DNA of 64,000 nucleotides from Podospora anserina (Eukaryota): NCBI GenBank assembly GCA_017654855.1, contig CM030335.1, positions 1,488,001 to 1,552,000 of the forward strand, read 5' to 3'. Shown piece by piece: positions 51,572 to 64,000 of this stretch (position 1 is its first letter; each line of letters starts with the position of its first letter). The notes under the pieces were generated by a model. It saw only the letters and a program-made list of their open reading frames with translations, ran no database searches and was not told where the DNA came from. The position numbers and the translations under genes were made by a program.

Positions 51572-52717
51572 ATGCCAACAACACACCTCGGCACCAAGGG
51601 GCAACCCCTGATCGCAGCAAAGTTAGCATTAGGGACCAACAATCAAAATTCACAACCTCAAGCAGATGCCTACATAGCCCATACGGTCCTATCCAACGGC
51701 TACGTAGCATACCGAGCCACTCTGACGAACTGGCTACCTGATTACCAATACCTACATCGAGCTCCCTGTCCCGAAGTCCCAGTTAACGGTGGCGAACATT
51801 GGAGACACGACAATCAGTCACAAGTCAAGCGAGATACTACGCTCGCCCTCTTACCGCACAAGCGCCTTGTTGTCTCCGAGGACTTTCCTCTAGGTAGCCC
51901 CTGGCCGAGCAATTTCACCGCGAAGAAAGGCCACTTACGCGATGTCAAGGCTCTCAGCTCAAGTTCATCAAAACTCACAGGAGAGAAGGAAAGGGAGAAC
52001 AAGGCGGTAAAGGAGACGGTTTGGTGGCTGAAGTTTGACTGTCGGGGTGTGCCGGAGGAAATGAAAGGAGCTATGCAAGAGGAGGATGAAGAGAAAGAAC
52101 GAGTTAAGCAGCGACAGGCGGAGAAGGCAAGATTTCAGGGTGGGAGAATGGTGCAGAGAGGAAATGCAAAGGTTTGGAGAAAGGAACCTCGATTCAGGGG
52201 CAGTGGGAGAGTCGTGACGCTTGATGATCCTGTGAAAGATGGCAAGGGACTGGCCTTTGGAGAGCAAATCCTGCCCAGTGACTTGTGGAGGGAAAACAGA
52301 CGTTGGAATGCTCCAACTGTCGAGGAGGGTGAGGGAATGAGAATGGAGGATATCATTCGTGAGGAGCTGGCTTATACGATTAGAACAGTACAACGATGCA
52401 CCCCGAAGAAGACTGTCAAGAAAACGATCAAGAAACGGGTCAGCTTCAAAACCCCGTTGGTGGAAGAGATTCCGTACTTGCAACCACCTGAGCTCTTGCT
52501 ACCGGATTCGGCTAGTGATTGTGGGTTGAGCGTGGGATCGGATAGCGGATGTGAATACGATGGTTTCCTCGGCTTTTCCGAGGATGAGGCTCAGGGATGG
52601 ATGCCTGTTATGGTGCGAGAAGACCAAAAGGAAGAAGAGGAAGGGTGGGTATCCCTTACTGGGTCCTGGATGATGCTTGGCGGAGTACCGGAGGAAAAGA
52701 AGATGGTGAAGTTGTAG
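51572..52717 (+). CDS. Hypothetical protein
   Basis: 381-aa ATG-initiated uninterrupted ORF. Confidence 0.6.
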   Translation: MPTTHLGTKGQPLIAAKLALGTNNQNSQPQADAYIAHTVLSNGYVAYRATLTNWLPDYQYLHRAPCPEVPVNGGEHWRHDNQSQVKRDTTLALLPHKRLVVSEDFPLGSPWPSNFTAKKGHLRDVKALSSSSSKLTGEKERENKAVKETVWWLKFDCRGVPEEMKGAMQEEDEEKERVKQRQAEKARFQGGRMVQRGNAKVWRKEPRFRGSGRVVTLDDPVKDGKGLAFGEQILPSDLWRENRRWNAPTVEEGEGMRMEDIIREELAYTIRTVQRCTPKKTVKKTIKKRVSFKTPLVEEIPYLQPPELLLPDSASDCGLSVGSDSGCEYDGFLGFSEDEAQGWMPVMVREDQKEEEEGWVSLTGSWMMLGGVPEEKKMVKL

Positions 52718-53513
52718 GATAGGGAAAGTTGGCACAGAGAGTGATCTCAGTTAGAATAGGTAGATAGGTAGCAATCGCAACAGAGGTACCGAACATGATT
52801 GGGAATGAACTTTGGGCATACCTCAATTCCGATGAGCCAAGCCTGGCCAAGTGTTTTTATCATGGTCAATGAACGTGTCCAAGCCTTACTCGGAGAATTC
52901 AAGCCTCATGGTGACATCGGACGGCAGTCAACTTCTTGACACCTGCCGGTTGAGGTACCGAAAACAACTAAAAAGTCTTACCATCGCGATCTGCCTCAGG
53001 GGTTGGGTTGCAGCGAACAAGACCCTGTTGTGTGTCACATGAAAAAGGGCAGCCTATCATAGCGATGAAACAAGCAGCTCCCAGGAGTCGGGGGCAAACT
53101 GTGGCCCGCTAATCCTGGATGCCCCGTCTCATAGGGCGTATCGGATCCAGGGGATCTAGCATCACCAGCAAATAAACGCTGTGGATGGCCAACGTCCCTG
53201 GTATGGCACCCTGACATTCATGCTGCACACAGCCCAACCGATGGACAGCGTTCAATTCTTCATCTCGACTCAGGGGCACGCCGAGATGCGCGCTTAGCTC
53301 TCATGATGAACAGGATCGGCTGTTGAAAACAAGCTTAATACTTGGGCACCGCCCTACTTTCAATGTAGTTAGAGTAAGATCGGGGTATCGCAACATTGCA
53401 AGTGTCGGATGATGGTGTTGTGAAAAGCATCGTCCTCGATCCTTCCTTCCTTCCATTCAAGATATACACAGTCGTTCCTTCCCTTTCAATTCTTTCGTTT
53501 CAACCAGCAGGCC

Positions 53514-55374
53514 ATGGTTCGCCTGCACCTTCCTTTCGCTGCTGCCTTGGCGCACAGCATTTCTGCTCTTGCTAGCGCGATTCCACATTTTTCGCCCAAC
53601 ACCATCATTAACACTCGCGACGTGAGCTCATCATCCATCGAAGACACAGTCTTGGCAAAACCCAACACTGTCATCCTGAAGCCCATTCGTGTTCCCCGCC
53701 CGGTAAATACCAGACGTGAGCTCCGAGCTGCCTTTTCGCTCAAGTCCGAAGAGACTCTTTACTGGTCTGGCGAGGACGGCACCATCGCCAAGCTTCGCAT
53801 CGAAACCGCCGGCGAAAACGAAAATCTCGTGAACCTCGAGCTCATCGACGACCTCATCACCCAAGTCAGCTGTCCCCAGACCGACGGCGAGTTGAAGCTT
53901 ACCTTTTCCGAGGAAGCCGACTTTGACGAAGCGGAAGATATATGGCAGTGGGTCAACAAGAAGCCTGACAACCACTTCTTCCTGCTTGTTGGTGATGGTG
54001 CTTGTGGCAGAAACACCGAGCGTATCATCTACAATGTCACTGGGCTGATCTATAATGACGAGAAGGAAACTGCTATCTTGAGTGTTGAGCAAACAACGTG
54101 GAAGAAAGCGGCACATACTTTTGACTTGACCGTCGGCCGGCCGGCGGTCCCTCCCAGTGAGATTGAAAAGCGGCAGTTCTTCAAGGATGCGTGGAACAAA
54201 ATCAAAGATGGGTTTACTAAGGTCGGAGAAAAGATCAAGGAGACCGCCGACAAGGTCATTGGGAAAGTAAAGGAGAAGGTCGAGGAGATTCCAGCTGTTA
54301 CCGTGCCTGTGCTAGGTGAGGTGAACCCGTTCGACCCAGCTTTTAACCCCGATTTCTCGATTCCGTTCGAGTCGAATCTCACGGCAAAGACGATCTCGCT
54401 CTCTCGGGACCAAATCGACGCTTCAGCTACATGTGTCAGCTGCTTTACGACCGGGTCATTGCTCATTGAGGCAAGGTTCGCGGCCAAGGCGTTCAAGCTA
54501 TCCGAGGCCAACGTGGAGATCTCTTTGTCCGACGAGCTGGCGGCCACTGCCATTGTTGCTCTGAAGGCGCAAGGCACTGTGTTGAACGGGGCTGCCTTGT
54601 CACAGAGTATTCCGATCTTTGAGTTCTCGCCTGCGGGTATTGCTATCCCTGGTGTGCTCACTCTGGGCCCAACAGTGGCTATCTCTTTAGGTGCTGAGCT
54701 TGGTGAGCTGAAGGGGAGTCTTGGCGTCACCCTGGGGGGCACGGCTAGCCTGCCCAAGGGATCAACTGCCAAGCTTGATTTTTTGAATGAGGCCAGAATG
54801 AGTAAGAGCGGTTGGGAGATCACGTTTGAGGAGCAGCCCCTGAAGGTGGACGCAAATGTTGAAGCTCGCGCTTCGGCTTTCCTTAAGGGCTCGATCGGGA
54901 TGGAAGTCAGTGTTGTTGGTAAGTAAACAGTTCTCTCCACTGGTGTGAAGATATCATCTCAGCTAACACTCTTATAGAAACGGGCTTTGCTGCTGAGTTG
55001 ACTGCGAAAGCGCCAACTTTGTCTGCGTCTTTTAAGACAATCACTTGTTTGTCTGCCCTTCCCCAAGAGATGCTCATTCACGATTGGCTTTGACTAACAT
55101 GGTGGGCAGCTGCGACTTGCACGGCTTGTGGAGGCTTTCAGAACGGCTTCCAGGGTAGTCTCAATCTTGGGGCATCGGTGGGTGTCGGCCTGACAAGGAA
55201 GAATTCCGGAGCAGATGTACCATTATGGAACATGAATTTTGGAGTGAGTTTCCCTTATTGTCTGGAATTGATCAGTGATAGCTGATTCGTTAATAGGAAG
55301 CCAACACTTTGGAACTTGCCGGATTCTGTGAGGGTTTTGGGCCACAGGGAGATCGGTGTCTGGCTATCATCTGA
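53514..55374 (+). CDS. Secreted beta-rich protein (DUF7029/DUF7223-like), multi-exon
   Basis: Signal peptide; W.WVN..F.L..C..R; C..C.TTG; GIAIPGVLTLGP; three 3' introns, TGA at 55372-55374. Confidence 0.75.
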
Positions 55375-55797
55375 GATACTTGTCAATTCATCCACCTCAT
55401 CATTATTGCATCCAATTCAAGGCAGACCTCCGGTGATTCTCTCTATTCTAGAGCCTTGTCTTGCGGCTCTTGCCAAGCATCTTGTTGGTGCAGTAAACTG
55501 GGGCGGTGCTATTACCTGCATATTTCGCCAACAGTTGATGCCCAACTGGACCAGGTGACCAACCAGAGCATTGCAATATTTATCGAGGATAAGCCTCAAG
55601 GTCTGCCTTCAACGGATATGTGGCTATGCAGCTGACTGGGCGGTAGGATTGCAGATGCATATGCATCGAGTGCTAGCGGGAAGACGGCCACATGAGCCTG
55701 GTCGAGGCACATGTACCTTGCACATCGGCCTCCTACATCACCACTTGAGTTCTGGTTTTGGACTATTCTTTTGCAAATCTTTGGCACCTTTGACAAC

Positions 55798-58170
55798 ATG
55801 CTCGATCTGGTTACATCTATTGCTGGCTTCGCCTACCAGACCTTTTTGACCTACAACGGCCTGGGAGATGATGCCAAAGATCTCGTGAAAGAGATCAAAA
55901 GTATCTCAGGGAAAACAAGCACATGTAAAAAGGTCTATGAGCGGATCTATTCAGGGGCGATTCGGGTCTCCTTCCCCGAGCAGTTGCAGCGAAGATTGAT
56001 TACCAGTTTGAAAAGATGTCAGAAGACGTTGTCAGAAGCTGAGGAGAAGTCAAACAAGCTTCTCAAAAGTCGAAGCCGCAAACTCCTCCAAGTTCTAGAC
56101 CCCGATGAGGTGAAAAGGTCGAGAGACAATTTGCGGTCGGGAGACAAAGACCTGCGATCAGTTGTGGAGGACATCCACCTGTAAGTCGCTTTTTCTTCTG
56201 GCCAGTGTTACTGTTTCTTTCATCTATTCCAGTGAGAGGTCTTGGCTATATGATACTTCATGCCTACATCATGCAAGGGCAACCGTCCGCTGACATCGGG
56301 TGCTCAAAACAGGGAGATAGGCGCCCAAACACTCAAAGACGTGCGCCAAATAAAAGACATGTCCTACCAGACCAAGCATATCTCTCGCCAAGCAAGAGAC
56401 ACGGCCGACCAAACAAAAAGAATGACCTCCAAATTACAAAGTGACGTCCAAAAAAACGGCGTCGTAGCCTGCCAAACACAGGCCACTGTCCTCAATATCG
56501 AATCCCAACTCAAAAAACTCATCAAGGCATCCCGCGCACCGAGTCCAGGACGCCAATTTGCAGATTGGGTTCCGCCATTGGTGAGGACACTTTTGCTCAA
56601 CGGTGAGAGCGTCGACAAGCGACAACTGCCTAACAGATACACTGCCCTACAAAATGCTTGTAGTGACCCCGATCAATCCGACAACAAAATTGCTCTTGTC
56701 AGCTTTCTGCTCGACGAGGGGGCTGATCCAAGGCTTACCACTGAAGGTGCTCAGTCAACATCCCTACACCTCGCTGCCTACAACAACAACGTGAAAGCAC
56801 TGAAGGCTATCAAGAGAAGCTTGGTGCCGGAGGACGACGGACCTGCTGATGCCAAGACACTCGCCGCTCGAGCTACAAAGCTTCCTGTTTTCACCAAGGA
56901 ACAAGAGGTGACGACACTACCTCGTCGACCTTCAACTTCGATGAGTACGGTGTCAACCGTGCAGCGCTATAGACGTCACAAAAAGGAATGGAAGAGTCTC
57001 CTATGTAAGGCCAACAAGAACGGTAGGAATGTCCTTCACATGGTTGCTTGGGGGGCAGCACCTGAGGCGGCCGAGTTTTTGGTTAGCGAGATTGTGAGAG
57101 AGAGGCTGAGTGAGCGGTTGGTTAGGGAGCAGGACGACAAGGGAAGAACGCCTTGGGATGTCTTGTCTGGAAAATTTTCCAGGGGAGATAAGGATGAAAG
57201 AGCGTTCAGGAAGATGAAGACTGCGTTAGAAAAGGCGGGTGCCCACTTGGCTGCAGCTCAAGAGAAGGAACTAGCAAAGGAGGTACAGGCTAAGGCGCTA
57301 CCTCAAGTCGACGAGCAACATGAAGGTACAAAGAATGCGTCAAAGACCACTCCACGCCAGCAACCACGCCGGAGCCCGCCTCGAGGCAGGTCTGAGGTTC
57401 GTTCTCCACAGAAGCATGAGGACCGTGGTCGGAATACAACCCCAGACTCAGGTCAACGACAGAATGACCAAAGCCATCTCAAATATCCAGATTGTAGAGA
57501 TGATGACCGGTCACTGGGAAAGAGCGACAGCCGCCGTGGAAGATCCAAGGCACCTACGAAGGATGCCAGCCAGAACAGGACCAACAGACAACGATCGAAC
57601 AGTCCACAGGTCGCCAGACAGGATTTGTGCACAAATAAGATATCGAGTCACAAAGTGACACCTGACACTGGCAGGAGCGACAAAGCGGCCGGTGACAAAC
57701 AAAAACCCAGAAAGAATACACCAAAACCTCGAGGTGTTCATTCAAGCCAGATGAAGAAGCCGCCACCAAGTCGAGATACTAGAGCAGCCAATTTACCGCC
57801 CCCCGTGAACCAGAGGAGCAGGTCCCCAAATACCTTGCCTGATTTGAAGCAAGATGCCAAATGCAAGATGCGTCCAGTGTCATCTCAAAGTGAAAGCCAA
57901 AAGAAGCCTAAGAGTAGAGTCTCCACGGGCGAGGTCAGAAAAAGCACGAGGAGTGCTGGGTGGGATACAGCATCCAGATATGGGGCTCACAGCGAGAAAA
58001 GAGGTGCTGTTCGGAATAAAAAAGACTTAGGTGGTGATCTTTGGAATCAAGTGTTGCCGTCAAAGGACAGTCTTGTAGAAGCAGGTCCTCAATTTGGTCA
58101 GATGTTACAGACTGAACCTCTTATCAAGAAGTGGTTGGACAGTGTTCCAGTTAATTGTGGCTTTTATTGA
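55798..58170 (+). CDS. N-terminal helical (HeLo-like/SesA-like) domain + ankyrin repeats + low-complexity tail, 1 intron
   Basis: MLDLVTSIAG.. amphipathic helical N-terminus; TALQNAC, LLDEGADP, TSLHLAAY, GRNVLHMVAW, GRTPWD. Confidence 0.75.
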
Positions 58171-58687
58171 GTTGGACTTGGAATAGCCTACCTAGGAATA
58201 AAAGATGAGAGATCTCTAGATGTTAATTGAATCTGAGTGTGCACAAAAGCAGCATTATAGAGAAAATATGATCTTCAAAGCTATAATTGGTGTGCTGAAG
58301 GCTCTCGGCTTTCTTTGTAGCGTTTTATGTTTCTTGTCCTTATTGTAGCATGAAGCATGAAGCGTGTGGTCAGAGTAGTTTCAGGAGTAAGAAAAGGCCT
58401 ACATAGGGAAGTGAGGCTCTGCTGCCAAGGGGGGGCGCAGTCGTGTTGATCCCCTATCATGTCAGCACAATGAGCCGCAAACATGCTGCTCAAGGGCCAA
58501 CTGAATCCGACCTTGAGGCTGTGTCCACATTTGCGAGGGCAATCTGTGGGAGTCTAAATCGCAAATCATCTTCGGATTGCCACTGCTACCCCTGTTTAAT
58601 CCTCAATCCACTCTTGCCCACCTTAACTCAAGGCCATCTTTGCCGTTTGTCCTTCAGCACAGAAATCACTCACAGTCAAATCACACA

Positions 58688-60400
58688 ATGTTGGATCAAA
58701 TCATCATCTTGCAGGATTCCGCCCAGCGGCTCTCGACGACATACAACAGCCTGACCTACCGTGTCCTATGCAGTGATAACAGTTTCAGAGATCTTGCCAA
58801 TAGCATCAAGGCCGTCTCCGTGGCACTAGACTCCTGCAGAGGCCTTCTTGAACAGCTCAGGTCTGGTACTACCAGCATCCCTATAACCACTGATCTCTCC
58901 CCGCGAATTGAGGCGAACCTGGAGGAGTGCAAGGTGGCCTTTGCGGACGCCAATGAGAAGGCAAAATAAAGATGATGCCCCAGCAAGGTTTCACAAAGCT
59001 GTGTTGTACGGCAGCGAGGATTTTGGTAATAGTTGATGATATTGTTAAGTACTCGAACAAACAACTCTAGAGAGCAAAACCTTCCCCTTATCCTTTCCAT
59101 ATATGTGGGCCCCAGGGCCGAAGCCCTAGAGCAATCTGACTGCCAGTCCCACAGGAGTATTGCTCCCACAAGCCGTCTGAGATATATCAACTTGCTCAGA
59201 TGCATCGGTTGACGAGTCGGTTGTATGCGAGGGAACGGGAGATTTATCGGGTTGTTCAGGCTGTTAGGTTGTATGTGATCCCCCGAACCTCCATGTCTAT
59301 ACCAGTTTCATGGAAGGTTTGTGTACTGACGCGCCGTCGACGACATCTAGACAAATAGCCTCACCGCTCCTACAAACTCCCCAAAACATCCTCTCCAACG
59401 CGCGACAGCCATTCGGTCAACCTCTCCCAATCCGAGGTATCCAACCCGGCCTTCAATTCCAACCACAGAGATTCCAATGGCAGTTCAACACGCCCAACAT
59501 CACGAAAAGTCCCCCAGAACCGGGCACACCGCCCTCCACGACATGTGCACCACCACCGGGAAAAGCACCAAGACCACCACCGTCATCGAGTCCCTCCTAG
59601 AAAAAGGTGCCGACCCAACCGCCACGCTGAACGCGGCCTCTTCTCAGTTAACAGCCATACACCTCGCGTCGTATCACAACAACGTGGCCGCGCTGGAAGC
59701 CATCAAAGAAAGCATGACAACTACCAGAACATTTACATACACGCCTCAATATCAAATAAACACCCGATACACCCAATTCCAGCCCACCAATTACACCGGC
59801 CAGTGGAAGTGGAAAAATCTGCTCAAACAACAAGATTTCCGGGGTATGACCCCCCTTCACTGGGCGGCTACTGGTGTCTGTCCTGAGGCGATAGAGTTCT
59901 TACTCAAAGAGGTGGAGGACGCCGGGTTGAGGCAGGAGGTGATCGATAGCAAGGATAGAGAGGGGAGGACGGCATTGCTTGTTGTGGGGCTGGGGTGTAA
60001 TAAGCTTGGGGATAAAGACGCGGTGACAAAGATTGCAAAGGCTCTCGTGAAGGCGGGGGCGAGCCCTGATGTGGCGGATTGGAGGGGGCAGACGCCGAGG
60101 GGGATGCTGACCGATCTTGAGATTGAGAAGCCTGCTTTTCCACAGAAGGAGCAGCAGACATATGGTGTTGCCGGGGGATACTATCAGGGTTATGGTGGTT
60201 ATCAAGGTTACAGGTATCAGGGATATCAAGGAGGGGGGCAGCAAAGTGATGTTTGCCGGTTTGGGGAGGGACTAGCTACCAAGGAGGTTGGACTAGGTGA
60301 GGGCCATAATTCGAGTTGTGAGAAGTTAACTCCAAATTGTATTTTTGAAGCCATCACCAACTTTGTCGTTGATCTCGGGATGGACGCCACATTGGGGTGA
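58688..60400 (+). pseudogene. Paralog of the preceding HeLo-like/ankyrin gene, with apparent frameshifts and a G/Y/Q-rich C-terminal motif
   Basis: Similar N-terminus and equivalent intron position; GHTALHDMC, LLEKGADP, TAIHLASYHNN, GMTPLHWA, GRTALL; breaks at ~58965 and ~59500. Confidence 0.6.
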
Positions 60401-60696
60401 AATTGCCGAGCAAGGGTCCAGTTCTGCTCTCAGCGCTAGCAGGGGCCATTTGCAGATCTTGACCCCACAATCTGGCACTTGACAGGCAGGGGGTTGTCCC
60501 CTTGGATTGACCCTTGATGACGCAGTTCCGCCGAAAAAACTGTGAGGAAATATCTGAAGAGCTAGAGAAAAGTATTATGTTCTTGACCAAAACAAACAAA
60601 CACAAACAAACTAGCAGAGGTATCATAGCTAAGCCGCAACCCATTATCCATTAGCAAATTCCCCAAGTATCTCGTCATGCACCTCGCTCCGTCCGT

Positions 60697-61316
60697 CTAC
60701 TGCTTCTGCTCAGGCACAACCATGACCTCGGCAGCTTTATACTGCTCCTGAATCCCATTCTGGCTCTGCTCCCCAGAAGACCTCAACTCAGCCTCCTTAT
60801 CCATCTGCACAATATCACAGCACCAGCAGCAGCACGCTAAAGCAACGTCCATCGCGCAGCTCCCCTGAAGGTTGTATTTGGCTCTGAAATCCGCTCTCTG
60901 AATTGCCATGGGAAGCCATTGCATGCAGACGGCTGTTGAACCGCAGAAGAGAAGGCACTGGATCTATGTTAACAACCCATCAAGGGCAATAATATGACAG
61001 AGCCCAAATATACCGAAGTGTTGATAGGCTCATAACCTCTCAAACTGGCGCTCTTGTTGACCCTGTGATGCGTCCTGCCAAACACCACACATGGCAAGCA
61101 CCAAGTCATAAGACATGTCTCGAGCGGGCTGATAAAATTCCAGAAGTTGTGTGTCCATGGCTGGGCGGTGGCCGGCGACTCGGAGTTGAAGTGCTCTGAG
61201 GGTGCGGCGAAGACCTTGTTGAACTTGTCTTTCCACTCGGCGACGTCGGCGTCGGAGATGGGGCCAGCGGCCTGGGTGGAAGGGGCAGCAGCGGCTTGGG
61301 GAGCGGGAGTGGCCAT
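60697..61316 (-). CDS. PLAC8 family Cys-rich protein, 1 intron
   Basis: TCLMTWCLPCVVFG, R.KYNLQGSC..D....CCWCCDIVQMDKE. Confidence 0.9.
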
Positions 61317-62462
61317 TTTGATAGAATTAGAAAATAAGGTGTATGTAGGTCGGGTAAAAGGCCGGGTATCTTCGATAGCAAAAAGAGAAGAGAAAGAGCG
61401 ATGAGAACGACTGGTGGTGAGACTGTTGCTGAGAATGAGATGGAAGAAGGCTGATCAGTGAGAAAGGCATTGTCCCACATCTTATACACCATCAACATAT
61501 GTGACCCTGACGTCTGATTAATACGAACTGAGTGACCAACTTGCTGCCAAGACGCCCACATCCCGCATGTGGCTGGCTCTGCGACTTGGCTTTGCTCCTT
61601 GCGTGCCTACCCCTCGGGCAGCCACGCAGGTTCCGCCAACAACATGCCACCGTCTGACCCAAAAGGTCGGGACTAGCCGGAAAAACAGTCCTCGGTTTCT
61701 GCAAGTGGGTCGTCTGATGATTGGTCCTTAAGTTGCGAACGAGGAGGGTGGAGATGAACAGGGCTGCCACAGCCCGCTTGGCGAGTGCTTCTTTCTCTAC
61801 CCCGGACAGGGCTGAGACGCCGGGACTTTGGAGCCAAGTCCAAAAGCATCTAGTGGCTAGGTTCCAACCGAACACCAGGTGGCTAAACCGGATATTAGCT
61901 AGCTTGGAGGCCTTCTCGAAGTTTGTGATGATGAGCGAGATTTGAGGACGTATAGGTACTCATGGAGAGGATCATTCTGCAAGCTAGGCCAAAGCCGTCT
62001 TATCTTATCGACCACCCTAAATCTGCTCGAATATTGAGATAGCTGCATAAATTTGGGAGGGCAGGCGACCGGAGAAGAGGCACCAGAAGAAGAGGCTGAA
62101 CAAAAGGTTTAACAAGGTCAAGCTCAACTAGGTAAACTGCGGTCCCCCTGTCTGGTCGAAGGCTCGGTAGAACTCCAGGAGAGCCGCCTCTTAAGGCGCT
62201 TTAGGGGCCAGTCCAAGATGTTTATTTAGTCACACTGGACAAGGCAGCTTTTTTTCTTTCTTCAGTTCACATCGTGGTGGCATACAGAGGTCGCCAAGTA
62301 GGTGCTGGCAGTGTGTATCTAAATGGGTAGCCAGCGCATGGCTTCCAATTTGTGTGAACAGGTAACCTGAGAGTTCTGAGAGATATTACCCCAGTGAGTT
62401 CGTGAGAACTTCCGGTATAGTCCAATGTAAAGGCAGGTTACAAAAGAGCAACATCAAGGGAT

Positions 62463-63682
62463 CTATTTCTCAACAAGACTAGGTAACCGATTGGAGTTTG
62501 CCCCCCCTGATGAAAGGTTGTCGTCAAGGCCCTTGCAAACGACAGCGTTCTTAGACTGACGATTGAAAGAACACCTCCCGTGGTTTTTGTTGTACTGGCA
62601 GCCTGCACAGGCAATACCAACCTGCGAGTCCACAACACACTCAGTAAATGGCCCAGCCTTGTTCTTACAACGGCCACAGCCCTCTTGGACAATTTGTCCG
62701 CTGGTCTGGACAACCAAAGCTATCATATTCGACCGATCGTTCCAATTATAGACACGTTTCTTTTCGGACTTGGGCATGGTTGTCCGCAAGCGAGCTGGTC
62801 GTCGATACTGCCCAGTATCCAGTTAGCAAGCAGATTCTTCTTCATTCCGTATGTGGTTATTATGACTTGCCGGCTTTTCTAACATCCTTCTTATCACATA
62901 GGACACTGCCCCCTGTGACTGATTGATGCGCCAGAGATGCCCAACCTCTTGCTCGTCAAGGATAGCAACCTTGTCTTGCTCCATCTCTGTGTCAGAGTCC
63001 TCCTGGGGACTGGTCAACACAAGAGTGGACGAAGAGGTTTCTTGTTGGCTCGACGACCCCCTCTGCATGGCACAAGATTCCGAAGGCTGTGGGAAGGCCC
63101 TTGGCTCTGAGGCCTAGATGAGGGTAAAAGGTCAGAGAAATCGCTCCGCGAACCCTGATGTGAAGGGCAAGTTTGAGGATGGAGGACTAGATGTACGTAC
63201 CAAGTTCTGATCCGAGTCCAACAGCCCATCTCGCCCCTCTCTCTGTGTTGGCGCTATAGTCTCCGCACGCATGGCTGGCATGGGTCGGCTGTCCCCGGCA
63301 GTCCCTTCATTGTGTTCTACCTCATCATTGGTGGCAATGAGAGGCAAAGGAATGTTGAGGCTGCTGCCAACCTCAGCAAGAGAAGGCTGTATCCGACCAA
63401 GGCCTTCGAGTCCAGACTCTTTCGAAAATCTCTTTGCACTGTGGCTCATCCTGCTGTGATAACGTTCTACGATGGTTAGACCGTCGTTCCTCAGGTTCCT
63501 CTCGGTTGTCGACGCAAGCTCCAGTTCTTCCTCCACGCTGCCTAGTTCCCGTTCCACGCTGACCAGTTCTCCTTCCGTGCTAGCCAGTTGTGCCTCCAAA
63601 CTTTTCTTTTGTGCCTCCAGACGTTTCTTTTGGTCTTTCAGACTTTACTTCTGTGATTTTGCCATGCTCTGCTGTCGATTCA
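62463..63682 (-). pseudogene. Coiled-coil + DUF3716-like Cys-cluster protein with several stops
   Basis: CGRCKNKAGPFTECVV....ACAGCQY....RCSF; TAA in the coiled coil at ~63645 and further stops near 63130. Confidence 0.55.
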
Positions 63683-64000
63683 TTTCCTCGCAGCCATCTC
63701 AAATAGACCGGCCCTCTCTCCTTCCTCTCTCCATCTAATTGTGGGACTTCCCTCAGAGTAACTGTGATATTTTCTCAGCCCATCGTGCGTCATGTTGTGC
63801 TCGGCGTTTCTGGATCGTGGGCTCGCCTCTTTCTTGCTTGATGTTCTGGAATCCATGGGGAGAGGAAGCGATAGCGATAGGTTGGTAATGCTTGGTCCCA
63901 AGCTCGTGAAGAATGGGGATGAATGAACAAGATATAAACTCGTGCGTCCTCGTCCACGTCAGCTTTGACTCTTTTGCTGCCTCCTTACCAACCTAGGTAG

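Overview
Intron-containing DNA from a filamentous ascomycete (Sordariales, most consistent with a Podospora-like genome; inferred, not proven). The flanks hold ordinary genes: a Zn2Cys6 factor, fumarylacetoacetase, an SDR, a thioesterase, TFB2, TANGO2/NRDE, homocitrate synthase, an ArsB/CitMHS-like transporter, a nucleoside hydrolase, CPD1, PLAC8 and secreted proteins. Between about 34.5 and 48.5 kb lies a ~14 kb block of decayed accessory genes that looks like a derelict Starship (Enterprise-like giant transposon). It holds the zinc-finger/chromodomain C-terminus of a DUF3435-type captain without the recombinase domain, and a Spok-like (meiotic-driver family) pseudogene head-to-head with a second PD-(D/E)xK-like nuclease gene. 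It also holds a FunK1 kinase fragment, a heavily RIP-mutated relic, and an Hst3/4-type sirtuin that, after removing a predicted 57-nt intron, is fused to a chromodomain and a decayed AT-hook, with a Ulp1-like relic downstream. Outside this block, two related solo LTRs in tandem share one target-site duplication and interrupt an RNase H-like gene. There is also a tandem pair of HeLo-like/ankyrin genes, one with a G/Y/Q prion-like tail. All domain calls are from motif recognition by eye; no searches were run, and exon boundaries are manual.
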